This document shows positions 22,201-35,526 of a DNA stretch of 64,000 bases, piece after piece. The stretch lies in the NCBI GenBank assembly GCA_963575745.1, contig CAUYUJ010000301.1, positions 1 through 64,000 on the forward strand, given 5' to 3'. The position numbers were made by a program, and so were the translations under genes. Numbering within the stretch: the first letter of the stretch is position 1; every line of letters starts with the position of its first letter. Below the pieces are notes generated by a model that made no database searches, had not been told where the DNA came from, and saw only the letters and a program-made list of their open reading frames with translations. Source of the stretch: Prorocentrum cordatum. Its lineage: Eukaryota.

Positions 22201-25200
22201 GGAATTATCGAGATTGCGATTACACGATCATCCAATGATCGGGAATAATCAGATCGATTACTCGATCATCCAATGATCAGAATAATCAGATGTGATTACT
22301 CCGATCATCCAATGATCGGAATACTATTCCGACTGTACTGGATGATCGGAATAATCGGATCCAATTACTCCGATCATTGGATGATCGGAATAATCAGATG
22401 CGATTACTCCGATCATCCAATGATCGGAATAATCAGATGCGATTACTCCGATCATCCAATGATCGGAATATCAGATTGCGATTTATTCCCGATCATTCCA
22501 ATGATCGGAATTACTAAATTCCGATTGTATTGGATGATCGGAATAATCAGATGCGGTTACTCCGATCATCCAATGATCGGAATAATCAGATGCGATTACT
22601 CCGATCATCCAATGCTCGGAATAATCAGATGCGATTACTCCGATCATCCAATGATCGGAATAATCAGATGCGATTAGTCCGATTTCATCCAATGATTCGG
22701 AATAATCAGATGCGATTTACTCCGATCATCCAATGCATCGGGAATAATCAGATGAGATTACTCCGATCATCCAATGTTTTCGCAATAATCAGATGGATTA
22801 CTCCGATCAACATGATCGGAAACTACTATTCCGATGATTGGATGATCGGATATTAATCGGAATCCGATTACTTCCGATCATTGGATGATCGGAATAATCA
22901 GATGCGATTTTTTACTACGACCATCAACCCCCCATGATCGGAATTAATCAGAAGATGCGATTAACTCCGATCATCCAATGATCGGAAAATCAGATGCGAT
23001 TCTCCGACGAGGGTCTCGTCGGGAATACTACAAATTCCGACGGGAGGGCCTCCGACGGAATAATCGGATCCGATTACTCCGATCAGTGGATGATCGGAAT
23101 AATCAGATGCGATTACTCCGATCATTCAATGATCGGAATACTACGAATCCGATTGTATTGGATGATCGGAATAATCGGATCCGATTACTCCAATCATCCA
23201 ATGATCGGAATACTACGAATCCGATTGTATTGGATGAGCGGAATAATCGGATCCGATTACTCCGATCATCCAATGATCGGAATACTACGAATGGATGATC
23301 GGAATAATCGGATCCGATTACTCCGATCATCCAATGATCGGAATACTAATATGAATACTACGAATGGATGATCGGAATAATCGGATCCGATTACTCCGAT
23401 CATTGGATGATCGGAATGATCGGACCCGATGACTCCGACCATTGGATGATCGGAATAATCAAATGCGATTACTCCGATCATCCAATGATCGGAATACTAC
23501 AATTCCGATTGTATTGGATGATCGGACTCCGATCATTGGATGATCGGAATAATCAGATGCGACTACTCCGATCATCCAATGATCGGAATACTACGAATCC
23601 GATTGTATTGGATGATCGGAATAATCGGATCCGATTACTCCGATCATTGGATGATCGGAATAATCGGATGCGATTACTCCGATCATTGGATGATCGGAAT
23701 GATCAGATGCGATTACTCCGATCATCCAATGATCGGAATACCACGAATCCGATTGTATTGGATGATCGGAATAATCGGATACGATTACTCCGATGATTGG
23801 ATGATCGGAATAATCGGACCCGATGACTCCGACCATTGGATGATCGGAGTAATAAGATTCCGATTGTATTGGATTCCGATTATAATGGATTCCGAGTGCA
23901 TTGGATTCCGATTATAATTGGTTCCGATTGTAATGGGTTCCAGTTGTATTGGGTTCCGAGTGTATTGGGTTCCGATTGTATGATCGGAATAATTGGATCC
24001 GATTACCCCGATCATTGGATGATCGGAATAATCGCATCTGATTAGTCCGATCATTGGATGATCGGACTAATCGCATCTGATTATTCCGATCATTGGATGA
24101 TCGGCGCAATAGGATTCCGATCGTATTGGGCCCCATTTTGGAATCTGTGGGATTCCATTTGGACGATCGGAATAATCGGATCCGATTCCCCCGATCATTG
24201 GATGATCGGAATAATCGGTTCCGATTACTCCGATCATTGGATGATCGGAATAATCGGATCCGATTACTCCGGTCATTGGATGATCGGCGTAATAGGATTC
24301 CGATCGTATTGGGCTCCATTTTGGAATCTGTGGGATTCCAATTGGACGATCGGAATAATCGGATCCGATTCCTCCGATCATTGGATGATCGGAATAATCG
24401 GATCCGATTACTCCGATCATTGGATGATCGGAATAATCGGATCCGATTACTCCGATCATTTGATGATCGGCGTAATAGGATTCCGATCGTATTGGGCTCC
24501 ATTTTGGAATCTGTGGGATTCCAATTGGACGATCGGAATAATCGGATCCGATTCCTCCGATCATTGGATGATCGGAATAATCGGATACGATTACTCCGAT
24601 CATTGGATGATCGGAATAATCGGATCCGATTACTCCGATCATTGGATGATCGGCGTAATAGGATTCCGATCGTATTGGGCTCCATTTTGGAATCTGTGGG
24701 ATTCCAATTGGACGATCGGAATAATCGAATCCGATTCCTCCGATCATTGGATGATCGGAATAATCGGACCCGATTACTCCGATCATTGGATGATCGGAAT
24801 AATCGGATCCGATTACTCCGATCATTGGATGATCGGCGTAATTGGATTCCGATCGTATTGGGCTCCATTTTGGAATCTGTGGGATTCCAATTGGACGATC
24901 GGAATAATCGGATCAGATTCCTCCGATCATTGGATGATCGGAATAATCGGATCCGATTACTCCGATCATTGGATGATCGGAATAATCAGATCCGAATACT
25001 CCGATCATTGGATGATCGGCGCAATAGGATTCCGATCGTATTGGGCTCCATTTTGGAATCTGTGGGATTCCAATTGGACGATCGGAATAATCGGATCCGG
25101 TTCCTCCGATCATTGGATGATCGGAATAATCGGATCCGATTACTCCGATCATTGGATGATCGGAATAATCGGATCCGATTACTCCGATCATTGGATGATC

Positions 25201-28200
25201 GGAATAATCGGATCCGGTTACTCCGATCATTGGATGATCGGAATAATCGGATCCGATTACTCCGATCATTGGATGATCGGAATAATCGGATCCGACTACT
25301 CCGATCATTGGATGATCGGAGTAATAAGATTCCGATTGTATTGGATTCCGATTATAATGGATTCCGATTCTATTGGATTCCGATTATAATGGGTTCCGAT
25401 TGTATTGGGTTCCGGTTGTATTGGGTTCCGAGTGTATTGGATTCCGATTGTGTGATCGGAATAATCGGATCCGATTACCCCGATTATTGGATGATCGGAA
25501 TAATCGGATCCGATTACTCCGATCATTGGATGATCGGAATTATCGGATCCGATTACTCCGATCATTGGATGATCGGCGCAGTAGGATTCCGATCGTATTG
25601 GGCTCCAAATTGGAATCTGTGGGATTCCATTTGGACGATCGGAATAATCGGATCCGATTCCTCCGATCATTGGATGATCAGAATAATCGGATCCGATTAC
25701 TCCGATCATAGGACGGTCGGAATAGTCGGATCCGATTACTCCGATCATTGGATGGTCGGCGTAATAGAATTCCGATAGTATTGGGCTCCATTTCGGAATC
25801 TGTGGGATTCCAATTGGACGATCGGAATAATCGGATCCGATTCCTCCGATCATTGGATGTTCGGAATAATCGGATCCGATTCCTCCGATCATTGGATGAT
25901 CGGAATAATCGGATCCGGTTACTCCGATCATTGGATGATCGGCGTAATAGGATTCCGATCGTATTGGGCTCCATTTTGGAATCTGTGGGATTCCAATTGG
26001 ACGATCGGAATAATCGGATCCGATTCCTCCGATCATTGGATGATCGGAATAATCGGATCCGATTCCTCCGATCATTGGATGATCGGAATAATCGGTTCCG
26101 ATTACTCCGATCATTGGATGATCGGCGTAATCGGATTCCGATCATATTGGGCTCCATTTTGGAATCTGTGGGGTTCCAATTGGACGATCGGAATAATATG
26201 ATCTGATTCCTCCGATCATTGGATGATCGGAATAATCGGATCCGATTACTCCGATCATTGGATGATCGGAATAATCGGATCCGATTACTCCGATCATTGG
26301 ATGATCGGCGCAATAGGATTCCGATCGTATTGGGCTCCATTTTGGAATCTGTGGGATTCCAATTGGACGATCGGAATAATCGGATCCGGTTCCTCCGATC
26401 ATTGGATGATCGGAATAATCGGATCCGATTACTCCGATCATTGGATGATCGGAATAATCGGATCCGATTACTCCGATCATTGGATGATCGGCGCAATAGG
26501 ATTCCGATCGTATTGGGCTCTATTTTGGAATCTGTGGGATTCCAATTGGACGATCGGAATAATCGGATCCGCATCCTCCGATCATTGGATGATCGGAATA
26601 ATCGAATGCGATTACTCCGATCTTCAAATGATCGGAATACCACGACTCCGATTGTATTGGATGATCGGAATAATCGGATCCGATTACTCCGATCATTGGA
26701 TGATCGGAATAATCGGATCCGATTACTCCGATCATTGGANNNNNNNNNNNNNNNNNNNNNNNNNNNNNNNNNNNNNNNNNNNNNNNNNNNNNNNNNNNNN
26801 NNNNNNNNNNNNNNNNNNNNNNNNNNNNNNNNNNNNNNNACTCCGATCATTGGATGATCGGCGTAATAGGATTCCGATCGTATTGGGCTCCATTTTGGAA
26901 TCTGTGGGATTCCAATTGGACGATCAGAATAATCGAATCGAATTCCTCCGATCATTGGATGATCGGAATAATCGGGTCCGGTTACTCCGATCATTGGATG
27001 ATCGGAATAATCGGATCCGATTACTCCGATCATTGGATGATCGGCGTAATAGGATTCCGATCGGATTGGGCTCCATTTTGGAATCTGTGGGATTCCAATT
27101 GGACGATCGGGAATAATCGGATCCGAGTCCTCCGATCATTGGATGATCGGAATAATCGGATCCGATTACTCCGATCATTGGATGATCGGAATAATCGGAT
27201 CCGATTACTCCGATCATTGGATGATCGGCGTAATAGGATTCCGATCGTATTGGGCTCCATTTTGGAATCTGTGGGATTCCAATTGGACGATCGGAATAAT
27301 CGGACCCGATTCCTCCGATCATTGGATGATCGGAATAATCGGATCCGATTACTCCGATCATTGGATGATCGGAATAATCGGATCCGATTACTCCGATCAT
27401 TGGATGATCGGCGTAATAGGATTCCGATCATATTGGGCTCCATTTTGGAATCTGTGGGATTCCAATTGGACGACCGGAATAATCGGATCCGATTCCTCCG
27501 ATCATTGGGTGATCGGAATAATCGGATCGGATTACTCCGATCATTGGATGATCGGAATAATCGGATCCGATTACTCCGATCATTGGATGATCGGCGTAAT
27601 AGGATTCCGATCGTATTGGGCTCCATATTGGAATCTGTGGGATTCCAATTGCACGATCGGAATAATCGGATCCGATTCCTCCGATCTTTGGATGATCGGA
27701 ATAATCGGATCCGATTACTCCGATCATTGGATGATCGGCATAATCGGATCCGATTACTCCGATCATTTGATGATCGGCGTAATAGGATTCCGATCGTATT
27801 GGGCTCCATTTTGGAATCTGTGGGATTCCAATTGGACGATCGGAATAATCTGATCCTTTTCCTCCGATCATTGGATGATCGGAATAATCGGATCCGATTA
27901 CTCCGATCCTTGGATGATCGGAATAATCGGATCCGAGTCCTCCGATCATTGGATGATCGGCGCAATAGGATTCCGATCGTATTGGGCTCCATTTTGGAAT
28001 CTGTGGGATTCCAATTGGATGATCGGAATAATCGGATCCGATTACTCCGATCATTGGATGATCGGCGTAATAGGATTCCGATCGTATTGGGCTCCATTTT
28101 GGAATCTGTGGGATTCCAATTGGACGATCGGAATAATCGGATCCGATTCCTCCGATCATTGGATGATCGGAATAGTCGGATCCGATTACTCCGATCATTG

Positions 28201-31200
28201 GATGATCGGAATAATCAGATCTGATTACTCCGATCATTGGATGATCGGCGTATTAGGATTCCGATCGTATTGGGCTCCATTTTGGAATCGGTGGGATTCC
28301 AATTGGAGGATCGGAATAATCGGATCCGATTCCTCCGATCATTGGATGATCGGAATAATTGGATCCGATTACTCCGATCATTGGATGATCGGCGTAATAG
28401 GATTCCGATCGTATTGGGCTCCATTTTGGAATCTGTGGGATTCCAATTGGACGATCGGAATAATCGGATCCGAGTACTCCGATCATTGGATGATCGGAAT
28501 AATCGGATCCGATTACTCCGATCATTGGATGATCGGAATAATCGGATCCGATTACCCCGATCATTGGATGATCGGCGCAATAGGATTCCGATCGTATTGG
28601 GCTCCATTTTGGAATCTGTTGGATTCCAATTGGACGATCGGAATAATCGCACCCGGTTCCTCCGATCATTGGATGATCGGAATAATCGGATCCGATTACT
28701 CCGATCATTGGATGATCGGAATAATCGGATCCGATTACTCCGGTCATTGGATGATCGGCGTAATAGGATTCCGATCGTATTGGGCTCCATTTTGGAATCT
28801 GTGGGATTCCAATTGGACGCTCGGGATAATCGGATCCGATTCCTCCGATCATTTGATGGTCGGAATAATCGGACCCGATTACTCCGATCATTGGATGATC
28901 GGAATAACCGGATCCAATTACTCCAATCATTGGATGATCGGCGTATCAGGATTCCGATCGCATTGGTCTCCATTTTGGAATCTGTGGGATTCCAATTGGA
29001 CGATCGGAATAATCGGACCCGATTCCTCCGATCATTGGATGATCGGCGTAATAGGATTCCGATCGTATTGGGCTCCATTTTGGAATCTGTGGGATTCCAA
29101 TTGGACGATCGGAATAATCGGATCCGATTCCTCCGATCATTGGATGATCGGAACAATCGGACCCGATTACTCCGATCATTGGATGATCGGAATAATCGGA
29201 TCCGATTACTCCGATCATTGGATGATCGGCGTCATAGGATTCCGATCGTATTGGGCTCCATTTTGGAATCTGTGGGATTCCAATTTGACGATCGGAATAA
29301 TCGGATCCGATTCCTCCGATCATTGGATGATCGGAATAATCGGATCCGATTACTCCGATCATTGGATGATCGGAATAATCGGATCCGATTACTCCGATCA
29401 TTGGATGATCGGCGTAATAGGATTCCGATCGTATTGGGCTCCATTTTGGAATCTGTGGGATTCCAATTGGACGCTCGGGATAATCGGATCCGATTCCTCC
29501 GATCATTGGATGATCGGAATAATCGGATCCGATTACTCCGATCATTGGAGGATCGGAATAATCGGATCCGATTACTCCGATCATTGGATGATCGGCGTAA
29601 TAGGATTCCGATCGTATTGGGCTCCATTTTGGAATCTGTGGGATTCCAATTGGACGATCGGAATAATCGGATCCGATTCCTCCGATCATTGGATGATCGG
29701 AATAATCGGATCCGATTACTCCGATCTTGGATGATCGGAATAATCGGATCCGATTACTCCGATCATTGGATGATCGGCGTAATAGGATTCCGATCGTATT
29801 GGGCTCCATTTTGGAATCTGTGGGATTCCAATTGGACGATCGGAATAATCGGATCCGATTCCTCCGATCATTGGATGATCGGAATAATCGGATCCGATTA
29901 CTCCGATCATTGGATGATCGGAATAATCGGATCCGATTACTCCGATCATTGGATGATCGGCGTAATAGGATTCCGATCGTATTGGGCCCCATTTTGGAAT
30001 CTGTGGGATTCCAATTGGACGATCGGAATAATCGGACCCGGTTCCTCCGATCATTGGATGATCGGAATAATCGGATCCGATTGCTCCGATCATTGGATGA
30101 TCGGAATAATCGGATCCCGATCGTATTGGGCTCCATTTTGGAATCTGTGGGATTCCAATTGGACGATCGGAAGAATCGGATCCGATTCCTCCGATCATTG
30201 GATGATCGGAATAATCGGATCCGATTACTCCGATCATTGGATGATCGGAATAATCGGATCCGATTACTCCGATCATTGGATGATCGGCGTAATAGGATTC
30301 CGATCGTTTGGGGCTCCATTTTGGAATCTGTGGGATTCCAATTGGACGATCGGAAGAATCGGATCCGATTCCTCCGATCATTGGATGATCGGCGTAATAG
30401 GATTCCGATCGTATTGGGCTCCATTTTGGAATCTGTGGGATTCCAATTGGACGATCCGAATAATCGGATCCGATTCCTCCGAACATTGGATGATCGGAAT
30501 AATCGGATCCGATTACTCCGATCATTGGATGATCGGAATAATCGGATCCGATTACTCCGATCATTCAATGATCGGAATAATCGGATCCGGTTATTCCGAT
30601 CATACACATGGGCTTGTGCTCTACTGCGGTTGCATGATCGGAATAATCGGATCCGATTACTCCGATCATTCAATGATCGGAATAATCGGATCCGATTACT
30701 CCGACCATCCAATGATCGGAATAATCGGATCCGATTATTCCGATCACACCGGCGCCAGCGAGCGTCGCTAATAACAACAACAACAACAACAGCAACAACA
30801 ACAACAACAACGACAACAGCAGCAGCAACAACAACAACCGCAACAGCAACAACAACAACCACAGCGACAACAACAACAACAACAACAACACCAACACCAA
30901 CAACAACAACAACAATAACGACAACAACACCAACAACAACAAACAAACAGCAACTACAACAACAACAACGACAACAACAACACCATCAATCACGGTCAGT
31001 TACAAACTGTTCGTTCGGATTTGCTCGCGGGACACTTAACACGCATATCCCAAACCCTCGATACCCGCCCTGCCCTCTTCGCTCTGGTCGCGCCCCCTTC
31101 GGGGTAAACATTGCTTACCTGCAACGTGCATTTCGCACAGCCCCTGAGGGGGAAGAGGGGACGGATGGAAGGAAAGGACAAGGGGGAGGGCGGAGGATGG

Positions 31201-34200
31201 AACATGAAATTGAATAACAGGAGGGAGGGTTTGGAACAAAAAACACGCGGCAGAACCAAACAAGCAGATCGGGCGGGTAGACCCTACCAGGCGGGTCGGA
31301 AGGTGGACCCAGGCGGCCAGGTCGAGCAACCGGGCTGCTGAAGCGCACGTCCTGCATGATTCGCGAGGACGGTTCGAGCGATAGCGCGTTTCCCAAGGAA
31401 ATCGCAAGGATATCCACAACGAGGGAGTGATTCCTGAGTGTCGAGGGCGCGGCGTCTGAATGAATTGCGAGAAGTCCCACGCGACAGCGCGATTGTTACA
31501 TGCATAAATTGTAAGGATGTCCCGCGCGAGAGCGCGATTCTGGAATAAACTGCGCGGAAATATCAGGCGGGAGCCGCTGTTGTCGTAAACGGGTGGCCAA
31601 CAACCCAAGTCTGAGACCCAAAACATTCCCTGGTAAAAACCTGGGTGCGAGCCCAAGGAAAAGCACTTCAACTCAAAAACGCAATGTGCCCCGGAAGGGC
31701 GACGCCAAGAATCCGCACCACGGAAACCCATTTCACCCACGCACCCAGGGACAGTGAATGACCGTTCGGCCCCCTTACTACGATGCATCATGGAAGGCGG
31801 AGTAAAACGAAATGCAAATTGACGGCTTCAAAACAAAAACGGCGCAAGCAGAAGGCGGTACACATATATCACTCTTTCAACGAGGTGGAACCATTACTCT
31901 CGAGGTCCTTCAGAGCCGCCTGGAGTCCTACTGCAACGGGGGCGCCCTTAAACATTCCGCAATACTCCGCTTCTCCCGAAGATAATGCCACTACAGTGTG
32001 GGTCGAAGTCCGCGACTTTATCATATGTGATACCCACATGACGGCACCTCCTCTCGTCGATGCGCGCGTCTTCTTGCGCCGTGCACAATCGGAGCTTGTC
32101 CATGCCGCAAGCTCCGCAAGACGTCCCTGCCGTCAACACTGATAACCATACCTGTCACGATTATGAAAATACTTTCCGAGGTCGGCGAGATTTCTCGAGA
32201 TAGCGCCGACATGGGCCGGGCACATTTTTTGCCTGATAACTACATGTCGGCATTGTGCGAATTAGTTTGCCCTGGCCACCAAAGCCCAGCCCCTCTTAAT
32301 TTCGCCATTTGGCCATGGCTCCAAACCTTTTTTTCCAGCTCAGCATGTCCATGGCCCGCCCCATCCCGCAACCCGCCCCGGCATCGTTCCACAATCCGAT
32401 TAAGAAAGCGGCTTGACTTCAAGTCGCGCGGTCCTGTCCCGAGCCTGCCCCGGAATTGAACGTCGAGTTCATTCGCAACGTGTCCTTCGAAACAGTCAAG
32501 ATAAACACCGACGAGCGCGCAATTATCTCGCCTCGCCCCACGCGCAAGCGAACACGGCGGCGCTTTTCCGCCATCAAATCCGACGTCGCGCGCAAAGTCG
32601 CGCAACAATCCCCCGCGCAGCCGGCGGCGCCCCGGGCGCCGCGCATTGACTTCCGCCGCATTGCGCACATGTCTGGCTCGCAATCTTCCTCCGGCGACCC
32701 GATGAAGACGTTTGCTTCGCCTTGGCGCAAAAATGCGCGCGACTAGTTCACGAACCCGCACATGAATCCTCTCCCGCGACTCTTCGGGCATGCCCTATTC
32801 CCTCGGCAACGGCCATAGAGAGGAACCGTTTCTTGATCCCTCAGTGGAGGGTGCGAGAAAACACACTCATTGGTTGAACTTGTGCTCAACTTGCTGAACC
32901 ACAAGACGGGATCGGCACTCAAGATTGGCCTCGTCGCCCATATTGATGTCAGTCCACCTCGCACCTCTGGGGGCTCTGCTAGCTACAGCCCCGCGCCCCC
33001 CCCCCCGCACCCTGCCATGGACCCCGCGTTTCTCAACGCGCCCCCCCCCCCCCCCCGGGCCTTCAACGCGAGCATTGGATCAAGCCCACTGCAAAGCTTC
33101 CACACACCTAGCGCGACCCCGAATTCCTCAACCACCCCTGCCGGCACCGAAATACTCCGCAAATCCGCTGATTAGGCCGAATGCCGCTTTACACTTGGAG
33201 GGCGAAGCGAGCGGCGACGTTGCGAGCCCCCCCCAATGAACTCTCTCCTCCTCCGTTCCTTCCCCACGATGTCGCTAAACCCCCGCCCTCAATAATCTGG
33301 CAGGCGTCCGAGTCTCGAGCAACTCGGCGCAGGCGCCGGCCCCGGAGCGGCCCCGGACTCCCGGGGGGCATTAGGCGAGAAGTGCCTCAGCGCATTCTGG
33401 CCCTGGTTAACGCAGGCCCGCGTCGACTTCCACTGCGCCCGTGCACACCCTCGTCGATTTCGATTCCATCGTCTGGACCGCTAGAATTCGCCCCTGGGCC
33501 ACGCGGCCCGAAGGTGCACCTCGAACGGTTGCGGGCCGTCTTTCGGCCGACCAGTCCGTGATCATAGCTCGACGCAGTCGGCCTGGGGATGCCCCCGACC
33601 ACCCCCCCCCTGCCATCGCGACGCGCCGGCGCGGACCTCGACTCATCGCGCTGAGAGCCCTACCCACACACAAAGGGGGCGGTCGGTCATGAAGCTGGCG
33701 ACTTTCTCCGGGAGAACCGCAGCCCCGCCCGCGGCTCGCTCGAGGTCATTACGACACTGATCCCCGCCGTGTCAACACCCCTTCACGCCGTGACATGTCC
33801 TGCGCTGGCGCCGCAGTCCAGCTCGAGGCCCCCTCGGGATGTTCGCAAAGAAACACCGAAACACTCTTCTTGTTCATGTCACAGATGTCCAACACGAACT
33901 CGAAGTGCTTCATTCCGTCGTCTTGCATGTTCCTTGCTCTCCTGGACAGAATTCCTTCGAATTGAAAGCCTGTGAACTATTGAAAGCCGCGCGCTTTGGG
34001 CATAGTATTAACAATAGGGCTGCCTGACGCGCACTATTTCTCATTTGAAACCCCATCGGCCCCCACATTCGTCGCGCGCGCCATGATCCATAGCAAGACT
34101 GGGCGCGGGCGCCATCTTCCCCGCCACGCCGGCCACTCGCACGGGCCAGTAAGCGTTGGAAACCTGCGACTGAAGCCGCGACGGATGTTGCCGCATCTCA

Positions 34201-35464
34201 CAGCCCCGCTGCCCTCACTAACCTGCTCGATGATATCTAGACTTGAATTGAACAACCACTCCACTGCATCGGATTCGAGACACGTCATGGTAAACCCACT
34301 GCGTACCCTATCGGTGTCCATCTTGTCATGTAATTCACCTATATGGCCCGGCTTCTCCTACATGGTCTCGCCACCTGGCCTCTGGCCTCCGCCGCCTCGC
34401 GCGCACTCTCGATGCATCTCTTTGCCCTCGCCCCCATCCACCTCTGACTCCTCTCGCCCTCAACCATCGCATCCCAAATGCTCTACCTTCACTTGACTGC
34501 CACTGACCCTGGCGGAACAACGGCAACCTGGCGCGCGCCGCCGTCGCAGCCAGGGGCGGCGCGGAACTCTGCCCATCCCGCGCAAGGTCCTCGCACCTCC
34601 ATCTGACCTTCATGTTTCCCATCGCCGGCCATGCCATCCATCCTTCTAGTTCCTGGATATGTGACGCGCGGTCATCTCTCATTGCTCAATCGCTCAGGGG
34701 CTCCAACCCGGATGTCCTCAGGCGCATGCACGTTTGTTTTAGGTTCACGCGGCTGTCGAATGGCTAACCCGTCTTCAATTGCCCATGGGCGCATGAATGG
34801 TTCGCCCCTATCTGGGCCCTGCCTGGAACAGTCGGGCCCCGCCCTCATTCGGGCCGCTGCTGACCACTTGCATCTTCAGGCGATCGCATGGTCAGGCCAT
34901 TCGACAACGCGTTCACGGCGCCCCGCCCAATGCGTCCATGGGCAGCGCCTCCCCCAGCCATCGCCGTGCATCCGCAACGCCCCGGCGCGGGCCCTGTGGA
35001 TCGCAGCAATCCCTCGAGCCACCACGAACTCGGCGGCGCCGCTCGCGGCGGCGCGCGCAGGGGGGCAGGGGGAGGGGGGAAGGCCTGGAGGGTGCTTCTG
35101 ATCAGGCGGCGGCCTCGTATCTCTAGAAAAGCGAGCGCCTTCTAAGAAGCAGGGGCGCTTCGAAGAAGCCCCCCTCTCCCCGCGCCCCTCTTTTGCGCGC
35201 AGCTGACGCTCGGGCTGCGACGGCCGCTCAAAGGCCGCGCGGGATCAAGTTGCATGGGCAACCCAACCCTTTTCACATCGCGAACCTCATCTGTATCCCA
35301 GATATCTCCATAACTTCCCTCGGGCCTGAACTCGCGAGACTTGATGGCGCCATCTGGAGCGCCGGCGATTAACTGTCGGCTTGTTCAAGGAACTCCCAGA
35401 AAGACCCCCCCCACACACCACCACCACCACCACCACCACCACCACCACCACCACCGCCCCACCC

Positions 35465-35526
<62 letters not shown>

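Larger units (their letters stand above)
19235..31779 (+). mobile_element. Composite element: (GGGTGGGTCGC)n + (CAA)n + duplicated ~550-700-bp body + conserved tail; hosts the satellite
   Basis: 11-bp repeat at 19235-19372. Diverged direct body copies at ~19470-20005 and ~31005-31690, each preceded by (CAA)n. Tail CCCAGGGACAGTGAATGACCGTTCGGCCCCCT near 31744-31775 is also present in the short copy 39441-39616. Confidence 0.75.

Noticed and set aside
21590..23060. Locally scrambled satellite units suggesting a distinct subfamily
   Set aside because: Single-base indel noise typical of poorly polished long-read sequence; cannot be separated from error.
20100..30745. Long ORFs (up to 844 aa; [13 protein letters not shown] / [13 protein letters not shown] repeats) on both strands
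   Set aside because: Periods 39 and 183 are multiples of three and the unit is palindromic, so open frames arise on both strands automatically. Frames switch at indels.
20100..30745. CRISPR-like array of palindromic repeats
   Set aside because: Intervening sequences are repeated rather than unique spacers; no cas genes; eukaryotic context.
19470..31690. LTR pair flanking the satellite
   Set aside because: The copies are strongly diverged, no TG...CA ends, PBS or PPT were seen, and they fit better as tandem subunits of one element.
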